Source: an uncultured bacterium (GTDB taxonomy: Bacteria > Elusimicrobiota > Elusimicrobia > Elusimicrobiales > Elusimicrobiaceae). Taken from it: a stretch of 64,000 bases of DNA. Shown here piece after piece: positions 36,001 through 44,884 of this stretch. Below the pieces are notes generated by a model. The model did not search any database, was not told the DNA's origin, and was given only the letters and a program-made list of their open reading frames with translations. The position numbers and the translations under genes are program-made. Within the stretch, counting starts at the first letter, position 1; each line of letters opens with the position of its first letter. The DNA lies in assembly GCA_949296525.1 (NCBI GenBank), contig CASFOP010000005.1, positions 13,519-77,518 of the forward strand, in the 5' to 3' direction.

Positions 36001-39000
36001 CGCAGGGCTTAAACGGCGCCAAACGCGTGGAAGTGTACGAAAGCGGCGAATTTTTGGCCGCGCGCGAGCTGACGGGCGCGGGAGCCGGCGTGTACAGCCT
36101 GCCCATACAGGAAGGCTGGCGCGGCGGCGTGTACCTGCGCTGGTTCGGCGCGAGCGATTATAAATTCTACACAGCGCAGACATTTATCAATGTACCTTTT
36201 AACAATAAGGAGTTGTCTTTGCACATTGATGTGCCTGCCGCGGTTAAACCCGCCGAAAAAGTATCCTGGAGCGTAACGGCCAAAAACGCCGCCGGCGACC
36301 CCGTACAGGGCCAGCTGTCCGCACGCGTATATGACAAATCGCTGGACTATTATGCCTCTTCGGCCCAAAGCGTTTTGTCATTAAACGGCCTGTATCCTTC
36401 TTACGGTTTCGGCGCAGGCCTGAACGACAGCGGTTTTAACGTATACGCCACGTCCCTGTTCACGCAGGAAAAAGAAACGGAAATCTTAAACGCGCCGATA
36501 ATGCCGCGGCTGAATTTGCAGCCGTACTTCCGCGCATATGGGGCCACGTCCCGTTCCCTGGCAGGCGGCGTCATGCTTAAAGCCGCCGCGCCCGCCATGG
36601 CGTCCGTGCAAAATTCCGCCGTCTTTGACACGGCGGCGCGTGACGGTATGGAAATAGCGGTGGAAGAGTCCGCCGTCACGGCAGACGCCGGCGTTTCCGG
36701 AGGCAGTGCGGAAAACGAAACGGCACAAAGCGCGCCGCGCACGGACTTTTCGGAAACGGCGTATTTTAACCCCATGGTGCCGCTGCAAAACGGCAAAGGG
36801 AACCTTACCTTTACCATGCCTGAAAGCCTGACCGCATGGAACCTGGTGGCGTTTGCGCTGACGCGCGACGCAAATTTCGGTGCTTATACGGCGCAGACCG
36901 TCACACAAAAAGACATTATGGTACGCCTGTCGCTGCCGCGCTTCTGGCGCGAGGGTGACGTCAGCACGATTGTAGCGCAGGTCACCAATTTAACGGATAA
37001 AAAACGCTCCGCCGAAGTAACCCTTGACCTGATGCAGGACGGCCAAAACGCCGCGGCAAAATTCGGCATAGAAAAAACGGCGCAAAGCCTGTCCGTTCCC
37101 GCGGGCGGCACGGCAGAAGTCACCTGGGCCGTTACCGTACCGCAGGGCGTGGGCATTTTAAATGTCACCGCCACGGTGCGCGCCGCACAGGACAGCGACG
37201 CCGAAAGCCGCCAGCTGCCCCTGCTGCCCGCCAAAGAACGCTTGGCAGAAAGCGTTACGGCGGCATTGGATATCGGCACGCAAACCCTGAAACTGGACAA
37301 TCTGCTGACACCCGACGCCACGCGTGAAGTTTCTTCCGTTACCCTGCGGGTGGATCCGGGGCTGTTGCTGTCGGTGTTTAATGCCATGCCGCAGCTGTTA
37401 AAGCCGCGCCATGAGGACGCGTTGAGCGTGGCCGACCGCTATGTGCCGCTGTCGGTGGTTAACGGTTTTTATAAGACGTATCCGCTGTTGCAAAACGCAG
37501 TGGCGGAACTGCCCAAACGCGACAGCCAAACCCCTTCGTGGAATGAACAGGATCCGGCGCGGCTGATGCTGCTGTCGCAAACGCCGTGGCTGCAGGACTC
37601 CCTGGGCGGGGCAACCCGCGAAGAGTTCCTGACGGATTTGTTTAATCCTTCCGCCGTGGAAAAAGCCCGCGCCAAAGTCGAAAAAGACCTGGCCAAATAC
37701 CAGACGGCTTCCGGCGGATACAGCTGGATGCCCGGCGGCACGCCCAGCGAATTTATCACCCTGCGCCTGCTTTCCGCATATGCGGAGGCGCTGCGCTACG
37801 GAGGCCAAATCCCGCAGGCCTCGGCCAAAAAAGCCCTGGTCTGGCTGGCCCCGCGCATTGAAAAAAGCCTGAAAGAATCCGCCGGCTCCGCTTCCACCGT
37901 GGCGCAGGCGCTGTACGCCGCGTATGTGTTTACGGCTTTCCCGCAGGACTGGAAAGAAATTAAAGAAGCCCCCGTGCAAAACTGGCTGGATTACGCCGAC
38001 CAACACGCCCGGTATATGACGCCTTTGGGGCAGACGTACGCCGCCGCGGCCTATTACCGCCTGGGCAAAAATACCAAGGCGCAGAATTATCTGGACGTGG
38101 TGCTTTCACAAATGCGCACGGACCCCGTGACGGGCTCTTATTTCGCACCCGAAGCGCAAAGCTGGCTGTGGTACAACGACACCCTGGCTACGCAAACGGC
38201 TACGCTGCGCACGCTGCTGGAAGTACGCCCCGAATCGGACAAAGCGCAGGGACTGGTCAAATGGCTGCTGTTTAACCGCAAAGCCCAGGCCTGGGATTCT
38301 TCCGCCGCTACGGCAGACGCGGTGTACGCCCTGCTGGATTATATGAAACGCAACGGCCTGCTGGACGACCCCGCCGAATATACCCTGCAATGGGGCGACA
38401 AAAAGGAAACCCTGCACTTTGAACCGCTGGACTGGAGCCAGCAGCTGGCCTGGACGCAGCAGGGTCAAAACGTGGAGGACAAATATTATACGGCTTCCGT
38501 GACCAAACGCGGCGGTCTGACGGGCTTTGTCACGCTGGACGCGGTCTATACTACGGCCAATGCCCTGCCTTCCCCCGAAGGCGTACTCAATGTAACGCGC
38601 CAGTATCTGCTCAAATATACGGAAAACGGCACGGAAAAAGTACGCCCTCTGCAGGAAGGGGAAGCCTTGCCCGTGGGCAGCGAGGTAGAAGTGCGCCTGA
38701 CGCTGACGGCTTCCTCCGCCTTTGATTTCGTGGTGTTGAGCGACCCCAAGCCCGCCGGCTTTGAAAGCACGGAACTGTTAAGCGGCTGGAGCAGCGACGT
38801 GCTCAGCTTCTACCGCGAAAACCGTGATGCGGCCACTAACTTCTTCTTTGACCGCGTGCCCGCCGGCACCTATACGCTGCGTTACACCCTGCGCCCCACG
38901 CTGGGCGGTGATTACCATGCTCTGCCCGCGCAAGTGCAGTCCATGTACGCGCCGGAATTCTCGGCGCATACGGGTGCAGACCGGCTGACCGTACAAGCCT

Positions 39001-39011
39001 TGGAAAAGTAA
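33072..39011 (+). CDS. Alpha-2-macroglobulin-family large exported protein
   Basis: ~1979 aa from the ATG at 33072 (AGGGAGGA upstream). It has the signal peptide MKKIILLAACLLPMGLCA, a long series of MG-like beta-sandwich segments and a terpenoid-cyclase-like region (SGGYSWMPGG). I found no CxEQ thioester motif by eye. Confidence 0.75.
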   Translation: MKKIILLAACLLPMGLCAQNRQAADAAFENGRFAEALSFYQEELKTAKGNSLYEAQLRVIASQYMLGRYQAAAESAFTFELPQNPLWKARFLLYRTQTAQRVSTLYNPILPDASEDGASLPQLSKEQWNAKIDECYEQLWDLRTFLINAPIDQETLVLEIKDTDQKAIPTLFDFVVLQWKNRLLSSPAVPVPLRAASVLTLDYKIPSKAKDDAQKAVSLLAEAAELGGKGRADARIIWQAQRLTLPFEYPNLFSFENQDAQRLEAAQLLQTLSGYSKEKKGFLAKISQALLSSGAPYGKAYAAQQAAYLLNDAKEYEQAAAVCDWASAELDGGYYAKSCARFAEGIRAPVLNLDASAFSQDPAQTKVSFTARNINQVYVRIYSASEADLKKWYKQQYPGTVNSWRYLTTVPAQQIPQLLARTPVAETDAALTYDKPHDFKQTDIRLPLPDKRGFYAVLFSYDKDFNPDTAPVQALVLNSTDLALFASAAIEGDPADYRTKESKTFTPNLFRIYALDLKTGEPVADADVVYYTDWKGNTETDKTNENGLLTLARKIKTNSDSNNNYSVLPKAVKGASTAFMTNALYFNYYSSSPFSLYAEMDRAIYRPGQKVQLAVYGFEKAGRGLKTMDENSRVTLTVRDANHQKIHEKTLTLNAYGTARDEITLPEDGLLGYYTVETAYKWNKRNVYGHASFRVDEYKRPEYEITLADAAKLQYGKEASITGSAKYYFGAPLEKASVKYSVHRTYFRPPFWWWRPFNLTAAREFIAEGSTQTDKEGNFTVKFTPEAGQDDGFPSVFTVHAEVMDASGRVIETQHTYKASRQPLFFQASFDKGFYDANTESPLARIKLTDVNGQAADGKFTAEIYELENVLSEPENSQDILPYSEQGSLEQLYGKNKELRRISKKSFSLKNGEEAQLHLEALPEGIYKLKLQSKNADDAELVFLVADKTSRLALPAVAIAQQEKYYPGSQAKVLIGAQGLNGAKRVEVYESGEFLAARELTGAGAGVYSLPIQEGWRGGVYLRWFGASDYKFYTAQTFINVPFNNKELSLHIDVPAAVKPAEKVSWSVTAKNAAGDPVQGQLSARVYDKSLDYYASSAQSVLSLNGLYPSYGFGAGLNDSGFNVYATSLFTQEKETEILNAPIMPRLNLQPYFRAYGATSRSLAGGVMLKAAAPAMASVQNSAVFDTAARDGMEIAVEESAVTADAGVSGGSAENETAQSAPRTDFSETAYFNPMVPLQNGKGNLTFTMPESLTAWNLVAFALTRDANFGAYTAQTVTQKDIMVRLSLPRFWREGDVSTIVAQVTNLTDKKRSAEVTLDLMQDGQNAAAKFGIEKTAQSLSVPAGGTAEVTWAVTVPQGVGILNVTATVRAAQDSDAESRQLPLLPAKERLAESVTAALDIGTQTLKLDNLLTPDATREVSSVTLRVDPGLLLSVFNAMPQLLKPRHEDALSVADRYVPLSVVNGFYKTYPLLQNAVAELPKRDSQTPSWNEQDPARLMLLSQTPWLQDSLGGATREEFLTDLFNPSAVEKARAKVEKDLAKYQTASGGYSWMPGGTPSEFITLRLLSAYAEALRYGGQIPQASAKKALVWLAPRIEKSLKESAGSASTVAQALYAAYVFTAFPQDWKEIKEAPVQNWLDYADQHARYMTPLGQTYAAAAYYRLGKNTKAQNYLDVVLSQMRTDPVTGSYFAPEAQSWLWYNDTLATQTATLRTLLEVRPESDKAQGLVKWLLFNRKAQAWDSSAATADAVYALLDYMKRNGLLDDPAEYTLQWGDKKETLHFEPLDWSQQLAWTQQGQNVEDKYYTASVTKRGGLTGFVTLDAVYTTANALPSPEGVLNVTRQYLLKYTENGTEKVRPLQEGEALPVGSEVEVRLTLTASSAFDFVVLSDPKPAGFESTELLSGWSSDVLSFYRENRDAATNFFFDRVPAGTYTLRYTLRPTLGGDYHALPAQVQSMYAPEFSAHTGADRLTVQALEK

Positions 39012-39032
39012 AATATACATACCCTTGGCATC

Positions 39033-39064
39033 AAAAACCCCCGCTCCAAAGAGCGGGGGTTTTT
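39033..39064. terminator. Bidirectional intrinsic terminator
   Basis: CCCCCGCTC-CAAA-GAGCGGGGG flanked by A5 and T5, between the convergent A2M and MATE genes. Confidence 0.8.
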
Positions 39065-39079
39065 ATCGTTTATATTCCG

Positions 39080-40450
39080 TTATGCGGTAACGCGTATGTT
39101 TTTCCACTTGCCCAACAGGAAACGCCACAGCATAAATACCGCCGTCAGTCCGGCGTAAAAGGTCAGCCAGCTCCACACCGCAAATACACTGCCGTGCAAC
39201 TTATACACGATCAGCCATGTACCCGGTATCAGCAGCAGCCACGCACAGCCCAGCATGACCAACATATAGTATTTGGTGTCGCCCGCGCCGCGTATGGTTT
39301 CGCCGAAGATTAAATACGTCGCGTCAAACAGCACAAAAATGCTGACCAGTTTCATCAGCGGATAGGTTTTGGCCGTAATGGCCGCCGCATCGGCAGACGA
39401 GGCCGGAATAAACAGCCCCACAAACAGCGGCGCGGCAAAAAAGAAGGCCAGCGCCACCGCACCGGCATAAGTGTAGCCGATAACGCAGGCGTTTTTAAGT
39501 ACGCGCACGCTTAAATCGGGCCGGTTGAGACCCTGGTACTTGCTGACCAGGATTTGTATGCCCACACCCAGCCCCAGCAATACCATAAACACCACCGGCT
39601 GCATGGACATGACCACATTGCTGGCCTGCAGGGAAATTACGTCAATGTTCCCCACCATAAACGTAAAAAGCGTAAAGGATACCGTATCCATCAAAAACCC
39701 AAATCCGTTCGGCACGCCGAAACGCAGCATGCGCGAAAACACGGGCTTGTAAAATCCGGCCAGGCGCGCCACCTTAAAGCGTTTGCGCACGCGTCCGCCG
39801 AAAATCAGCCCCGCAAACACCAGCGTCATCGACACCGATCCCATCACCGTGGCCCAGGCCGCACCGGCTATACCCATTTCAGGGAAACCAAGTTTTCCAA
39901 AAATCATGACATAATCCAAAACGATATTGACGATATTTCCGCATACCGCCACATACATGGGTACTTTGGTTTTGCCCCGTCCGCTGAAAAAGCTGGCCAG
40001 GGCATTATTGATAACGGCAAAACCGCCGAATAAATTTAAAATGCCGAAGTATTTCAGTTCCAGCGGCGTAACGGCCGGGCCGTGGTCAAACCAGCGTATC
40101 AGCGCACCGCCCAGCGGCGTAAGCGAGGCCAACAAACAGGCCGACAATACCGCCAGAAAAATCCCCTGCCACAAAGATATGGTCACGGACGCATATTTTT
40201 TCTGCGCATAAAACTGGGAAATAAACACGCTGGTATAGCTGGCCAGCCCCATAAACAGGGCCGCAAATGTCGTGGCCAGCACGCCCGCCGGCACACACGC
40301 CGCCAGCGCATCATGGCTGTACCACGCCAGAAACATACGATCTGCAAACTGCATGACCACCTGAGCCGCCATTGTAACAATCAGCGGATAAGACAACAGC
40401 CACAACTCGGAAAGAGAGGCCTCTTTCACGGTTGCTTTTTTCACACCCAT
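39080..40450 (-). CDS. MATE-family efflux transporter
   Basis: 456 aa with 12 predicted helices and a typical N-terminus (LWLLSYPLIVTMAAQVVMQFADRMFL). Confidence 0.85.
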   Translation of the reverse strand: MGVKKATVKEASLSELWLLSYPLIVTMAAQVVMQFADRMFLAWYSHDALAACVPAGVLATTFAALFMGLASYTSVFISQFYAQKKYASVTISLWQGIFLAVLSACLLASLTPLGGALIRWFDHGPAVTPLELKYFGILNLFGGFAVINNALASFFSGRGKTKVPMYVAVCGNIVNIVLDYVMIFGKLGFPEMGIAGAAWATVMGSVSMTLVFAGLIFGGRVRKRFKVARLAGFYKPVFSRMLRFGVPNGFGFLMDTVSFTLFTFMVGNIDVISLQASNVVMSMQPVVFMVLLGLGVGIQILVSKYQGLNRPDLSVRVLKNACVIGYTYAGAVALAFFFAAPLFVGLFIPASSADAAAITAKTYPLMKLVSIFVLFDATYLIFGETIRGAGDTKYYMLVMLGCAWLLLIPGTWLIVYKLHGSVFAVWSWLTFYAGLTAVFMLWRFLLGKWKNIRVTA

Positions 40451-40568
40451 AGCGTACCACCTCCGGTAATTTACCTTCTAAATTCCGCCGCGGCAAGGGC
40501 CTGCGGCGGCACGTATTTTTTCAAAACCCCTTCCGGAGCTCAACCCCGAAATGAAGCTTTGAATACCT

Positions 40569-40595
40569 AAAAAAACCCGTGCCCGAAGGCACGGG
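40569..40595 (-). terminator. Intrinsic terminator after csp
   Basis: CCCGTGCC-CGAA-GGCACGGG plus T7 on the minus strand. Confidence 0.8.
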
Positions 40596-40621
40596 GTTGA
40601 AAAGTCTAAAAAAATAAAAAT

Positions 40622-40825
40622 TTATTTTTTAACGACTTTTACGGCTTTCGGGCCTTTTTCGGATTCGACGATTTCGAATTCCACTTCCTGGCCCTCGGCT
40701 AAGGTTTTGAAACCATCGCCCTGAATTTCCTGATAGTGCACAAAGAGATCTTTAGAACCGTCTTCGGGCGTAATGAAACCATAACCTTTCTGGTCGTTAA
40801 ACCACTTCACTTTTCCGTTTGCCAT
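40622..40825 (-). CDS. csp: Cold-shock protein (CspA family)
   Basis: 67 aa with the RNP1/RNP2 motifs [12 protein letters not shown] and VHY. Confidence 0.95.
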   Translation of the reverse strand: MANGKVKWFNDQKGYGFITPEDGSKDLFVHYQEIQGDGFKTLAEGQEVEFEIVESEKGPKAVKVVKK

Positions 40826-40968
40826 TTTACTTTTTACTTCCTTGTTTTAATTATTTCGGATAGCTAAGCTTAATAGCTATCTATATGTATTATAGCAAAA
40901 GTTTTGAAAAATCAAAATATTCTACGAAGAATTTTTCGCCGGATATTTTTTTGGGCTATAATGTAGGT

Positions 40969-41943
40969 ATGCCTTTTCTGGAAGCCGTGCCCAATGTATC
41001 CGAAGGGAAAAACCCCGCCGTGCTGCGCGCGCTGGAAGACCTGCTGCGCGCCGCGCCGCGCGTGCGTTTTCTGGGCGCGGACGCCAACGGCGCGGCCAAC
41101 CGCACCGTTTTTACCCTGGCCGGAGAGCCTAACGCCGTCGCCGGTGTTTTGTTTGATTTTATCGCGCTTTCCTGCCGCCTCATTGACATGCGCACGCAGT
41201 ACGGCACGCACCCGCGTTTGGGCGCGGCAGACGTATGCCCGCTGGTGCCGCTGGAAGGAGTTTCCCTGGAAGAATGCGCCCGTCTGGCGCGCAGGCTGGG
41301 CCGGCGTGTCGGCACGGAATTGGGCGTACCCGTATATTTGTACGAAGCGGCGGCCGAAACGCCGCAGCGCAAAAACCTGGCCTTTATCCGCAAAGGGGAA
41401 TACGAAGGCCTGCGCGAAAAACTGCGCACCCTGCCGCCGGATTTCGGCCCTGCACAATGGACGGAAACGACGGCCAAAAGCGGCGCCTGCGTCATCGGAG
41501 CGCGGGATATTTTAATTGCGTTTAATATCAATTTAAATACCCAAGACCCCGCGCCGGCCAAAATCATCGCCGCTAAAATACGCGAAAGCTCCGGCGGATT
41601 AAAGGGCGTTAAGGCCATCGGCTGGTATATGGAAAATTTTGCCCGCGCGCAGGTGTCCTGCAATATTACCGATTTTCACGCCGCACCACTGCACACCGTG
41701 TATGAAGCCTGCCAACAAGAAGCCGCCGCGCTGGGCTTGAAGGCCACGGGGTGCGAGCTGGTCGGCCTGGCGCCGCTGGCGGCCCTGCTGGAGGCGGGAC
41801 GTCATTATGCACCGCGGGAAACGCGGGAAGACGCCTTGATTTCGGCCGCCGTGCGCGGCCTGCATTTAACGGAAGTAAAACCGTTTGACCCGCGGGAGCA
41901 AATTTTGGAATACAAAGCGGGTTTTCGGAAAAGCGTTTTTTAA
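40969..41943 (+). CDS. Glutamate formimidoyltransferase-like protein
   Basis: The N-terminus is MPFLEAVPNVSEGKN, followed by PRLGAADVCPLVP. ATG at 40969, 6 nt after TATAAT. Confidence 0.75.
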   Translation: MPFLEAVPNVSEGKNPAVLRALEDLLRAAPRVRFLGADANGAANRTVFTLAGEPNAVAGVLFDFIALSCRLIDMRTQYGTHPRLGAADVCPLVPLEGVSLEECARLARRLGRRVGTELGVPVYLYEAAAETPQRKNLAFIRKGEYEGLREKLRTLPPDFGPAQWTETTAKSGACVIGARDILIAFNINLNTQDPAPAKIIAAKIRESSGGLKGVKAIGWYMENFARAQVSCNITDFHAAPLHTVYEACQQEAAALGLKATGCELVGLAPLAALLEAGRHYAPRETREDALISAAVRGLHLTEVKPFDPREQILEYKAGFRKSVF

Positions 41944-42701
41944 GAAAACTGACGGTATATTTCCAAAAATTTTTCCAACGAAATTTCCTGTGCCCGCGCC
42001 GCAGGCGCCACGCCCGCGCGGGCCAACGCGTCCGTTACGCGTTCTTTATCCCAGCCTGACAGCACCAGCGAATTAAACAAAGTCTTGCGCTTATGCGCAA
42101 AGGCCGCGCGAACCAGGCGCGCAAAACGCACATATTCCAAAGGAGTCAGAACAGCGGGCAGCGGCTCAAAAGTCAGCACCATGCTTTCCACCTTCGGCGG
42201 CGGGTTAAAACACGCCCTCCCCACGCGCAGCAAGCGGCGGGGCCGCGCGCGCAGCTGCGTCAAAATGCTGATGGGGCCGTATCCTTCCTGCCCAGCGGAG
42301 GCCAAAATGCGCTGGGCCTGTTCCTTTTGAAACATAAACACCGCCCCCGCAAAATGCGGCCAGGACAATACTTTATCCAAAATATCCGCCGCGTCAATAT
42401 ACGGCAGATTGCTGACAAAAAAAGTCGGGCGCGGCGGCAGGGTATCCAAATCAAACGTCAAAAAATCGGCCAGAATGATATGACCTTGCAGCTGCGGGAA
42501 TTTTCGCAGCAGGACCTCACGCATGGCGGGATCAATTTCAACCAGCGTAAAAGAAGGGAAGTTTTTTTGAAGCAGTTCTTCCGTCAGCGCGCCGCGCCCG
42601 GGGCCGATTTCCACCAGATCCGCCGTGGTTTGCGGCACTGCCGACACAATAGCCTCAATAACCTGCGGGCTGATTAAAAAATGCTGGCCGTATTTCCTCA
42701 C
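41940..42701 (-). CDS. rsmA: 16S rRNA (adenine1518/1519-N6)-dimethyltransferase
   Basis: Motifs seen: KYGQHFL, VEIGPGRGALTEEL, SNLPY. Confidence 0.9.
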   Translation of the reverse strand: MRKYGQHFLISPQVIEAIVSAVPQTTADLVEIGPGRGALTEELLQKNFPSFTLVEIDPAMREVLLRKFPQLQGHIILADFLTFDLDTLPPRPTFFVSNLPYIDAADILDKVLSWPHFAGAVFMFQKEQAQRILASAGQEGYGPISILTQLRARPRRLLRVGRACFNPPPKVESMVLTFEPLPAVLTPLEYVRFARLVRAAFAHKRKTLFNSLVLSGWDKERVTDALARAGVAPAARAQEISLEKFLEIYRQFS

Positions 42702-44380
42702 TCCCCCTCCAGCACATTTAAATTGCGTTTGGCGGTTTTATTGCCCGGGTCTTTTTCCAAAGCCTGCCTGTAATAGGAAGCGGCGGCTTCGTCCTGCGCG
42801 GCGATAACGGCCGCCGTGCCCAGCCCCAGCAGGGGCAGCGGGTCGGCAGCATTCTGTTTTTGCGCGGCTTCAAAAGCCTCTCCCGCCGCGCCGGCATTGC
42901 CGGCAAGCAGCGCGGCCAGCCCCTGCAAAATAAAATATTCCGCCGTCGGAGTTTGCAACACCTGTTCATTTAAGTCCGACTCTATGTCGTCTACATATTT
43001 GACCCAGGTTTTGCCCATGACCCAAAGTCCCATATCGTTGCCCACAATGCGCGGGTCATATACGGCTTTGGGTGCGGAGGTGCGGTCCTGCGTCAGCGCG
43101 GAAGGAGAGGCATAATCCATCGTGCGGCCCTGCAGAGTCATGTTGACGTCATATTTATCGGCCGCGGCGCTGACGGCGCGCTCCAGCTCGGACACCAGCT
43201 CCTCCACCTGCGCTTCACGCTCGGCGTCGGAACCGGCATTTAATACAAAAGCACGTTTAAAGGACATCGGCGAGGTGCCGTCCGCCGCGGCGGACGGGTT
43301 TTGGCTGCTGCGCAAAGACTGGTAGGCCTCGGCAAAGCGGCTGCCGCCCGTTTCGGGCGCCGAAGGCGGAGCTACGGGATTATAGTCCAAAGACACTTCC
43401 ACGCTCACATTTTTGGCCGCGGGCACTTTCAGCAAATTGTCCTTGAACTTTTCAATTTGTTTACGGAATGTTTCCCCGTTGCGGCCGCTGGCGCGGTAAA
43501 CGGCGTTTAGGGCCAGGCCGTCTGCATCAAACTGCACAATGGAAAAAGCCCCCTCCAGCACTTCGCGCGCGTCTTTTACTTCCCCCAGACGCATCAGCAA
43601 ATACGCATAACGCAGGCGCGCCACGAAATCCCCGGGTTTGGTTTTGACGGCTTTTTTATAATACTTCAGCGCATCGCCGTAATTTTCCCGCTTTTCATAT
43701 AAAGCCGCCAGCGCCAGCTGGGCGTCTTCATAACGGAAAAACAGTTTTAAGGCTTTTTTATAGGAGGCTTCCGCCTGTGCGTCACGCCCCATAAAATCAT
43801 ACAGCGTACCCAGCTGATAGTGATACAGGGCCTCCCGCGGGGCCAGCTCCACCGCTCGGCGGTAATGATCCAGTGCACGGTCAAATTTTTCCTGCGCGGC
43901 ATACGTGGAGCCCAGGTTCATGTGCGTATCGGCTTTATAAGGATTTAACTTTTCGGCTTTGAGAAAATTTTCCTGCGCCTGACCGATATCGCCTTTCCAG
44001 CCCCAGGCAATACCCAAAAGCTGGTAGCCCATGGCATTGCCCGGATCCAGACGCAAAGCCTCACGGTATTCGGTCATAGCGTCGTCCACTTTGCCGCTCC
44101 AGTATAAAGAAGCGCCGTAAAGCAGGTGCGGCAGCGGGTCGGACGGGTTTTTAATAATGGCTTTAGCAAAAGAATTGGCAGCGTCGCGGTAGCGCGCCAG
44201 GGACATTTCCCCCATGCCGCGGCGCATGTCGGATACGGACTGGTCCAGCATAATGCGGTCCCACACCGTCTGGGAATAGTCGGTTTTCAGCTCCTGCCGC
44301 CCCCAGGAAAACGGGAAAAACGCCCGCGCCAGCGGCGCGGCAAACACAAGTAAAACAAATGCGAAAACCGTTTTTTTCAT
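42698..44380 (-). CDS. Exported tetratricopeptide-repeat protein
   Basis: The signal peptide MKKTVFAFVLLVFAAPLARA starts from the ATG at 44380. It has multiple TPR units in the N- and C-terminal thirds. Confidence 0.75.
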   Translation of the reverse strand: MKKTVFAFVLLVFAAPLARAFFPFSWGRQELKTDYSQTVWDRIMLDQSVSDMRRGMGEMSLARYRDAANSFAKAIIKNPSDPLPHLLYGASLYWSGKVDDAMTEYREALRLDPGNAMGYQLLGIAWGWKGDIGQAQENFLKAEKLNPYKADTHMNLGSTYAAQEKFDRALDHYRRAVELAPREALYHYQLGTLYDFMGRDAQAEASYKKALKLFFRYEDAQLALAALYEKRENYGDALKYYKKAVKTKPGDFVARLRYAYLLMRLGEVKDAREVLEGAFSIVQFDADGLALNAVYRASGRNGETFRKQIEKFKDNLLKVPAAKNVSVEVSLDYNPVAPPSAPETGGSRFAEAYQSLRSSQNPSAAADGTSPMSFKRAFVLNAGSDAEREAQVEELVSELERAVSAAADKYDVNMTLQGRTMDYASPSALTQDRTSAPKAVYDPRIVGNDMGLWVMGKTWVKYVDDIESDLNEQVLQTPTAEYFILQGLAALLAGNAGAAGEAFEAAQKQNAADPLPLLGLGTAAVIAAQDEAAASYYRQALEKDPGNKTAKRNLNVLEGE

Positions 44381-44516
44381 ATATGCTATTGTAGCAATAT
44401 TTATAAAGCGGGGTATCCCGCTTACTATATTTTCACGTTCCTCCAAAGGCAAAACGGAAAAAATAACATAAAAATCCCGCATGGGATACATGCGGGAAAA
44501 AAGTAAAACCAACTTC

Positions 44517-44876
44517 TTAGCGGCTTATTTGTTTAATAGTATTCAACAATTCGTCGCTGTCAAAAGGCTTATACAACACTCCGTCGGCCCCCAGGCGTTT
44601 GGCTTCATCGGCAATGGTTTCCTGTTTTAAACCCGTTACCATTAATACTTTAACATGCGGGTGCTGTTTTTTGAGGCGGGCCAGCATATCCAAGCCGTTT
44701 TCCGTCGGGAAAAATACATCCAGCAATAATAAACCGGGTTCTGCTTTTTCCAGCTTTTCAAACAGTTCTTTAGACCCGCCCGCCTCCAAAATTACTTCAT
44801 AACCCGACGACTCCAACACATTTTTAATGGCGGAACGCAAAATAACGGAATCATCCACCAAACCTATCTGTAACAT
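44517..44876 (-). CDS. Single-domain response regulator (CheY-like receiver)
   Basis: 119 aa with a DD pair, the phospho-acceptor context LLLLDVFFP, and T/K positions (MVTG, KPF). Confidence 0.85.
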   Translation of the reverse strand: MLQIGLVDDSVILRSAIKNVLESSGYEVILEAGGSKELFEKLEKAEPGLLLLDVFFPTENGLDMLARLKKQHPHVKVLMVTGLKQETIADEAKRLGADGVLYKPFDSDELLNTIKQISR

Positions 44877-44884
44877 ATACTCCC

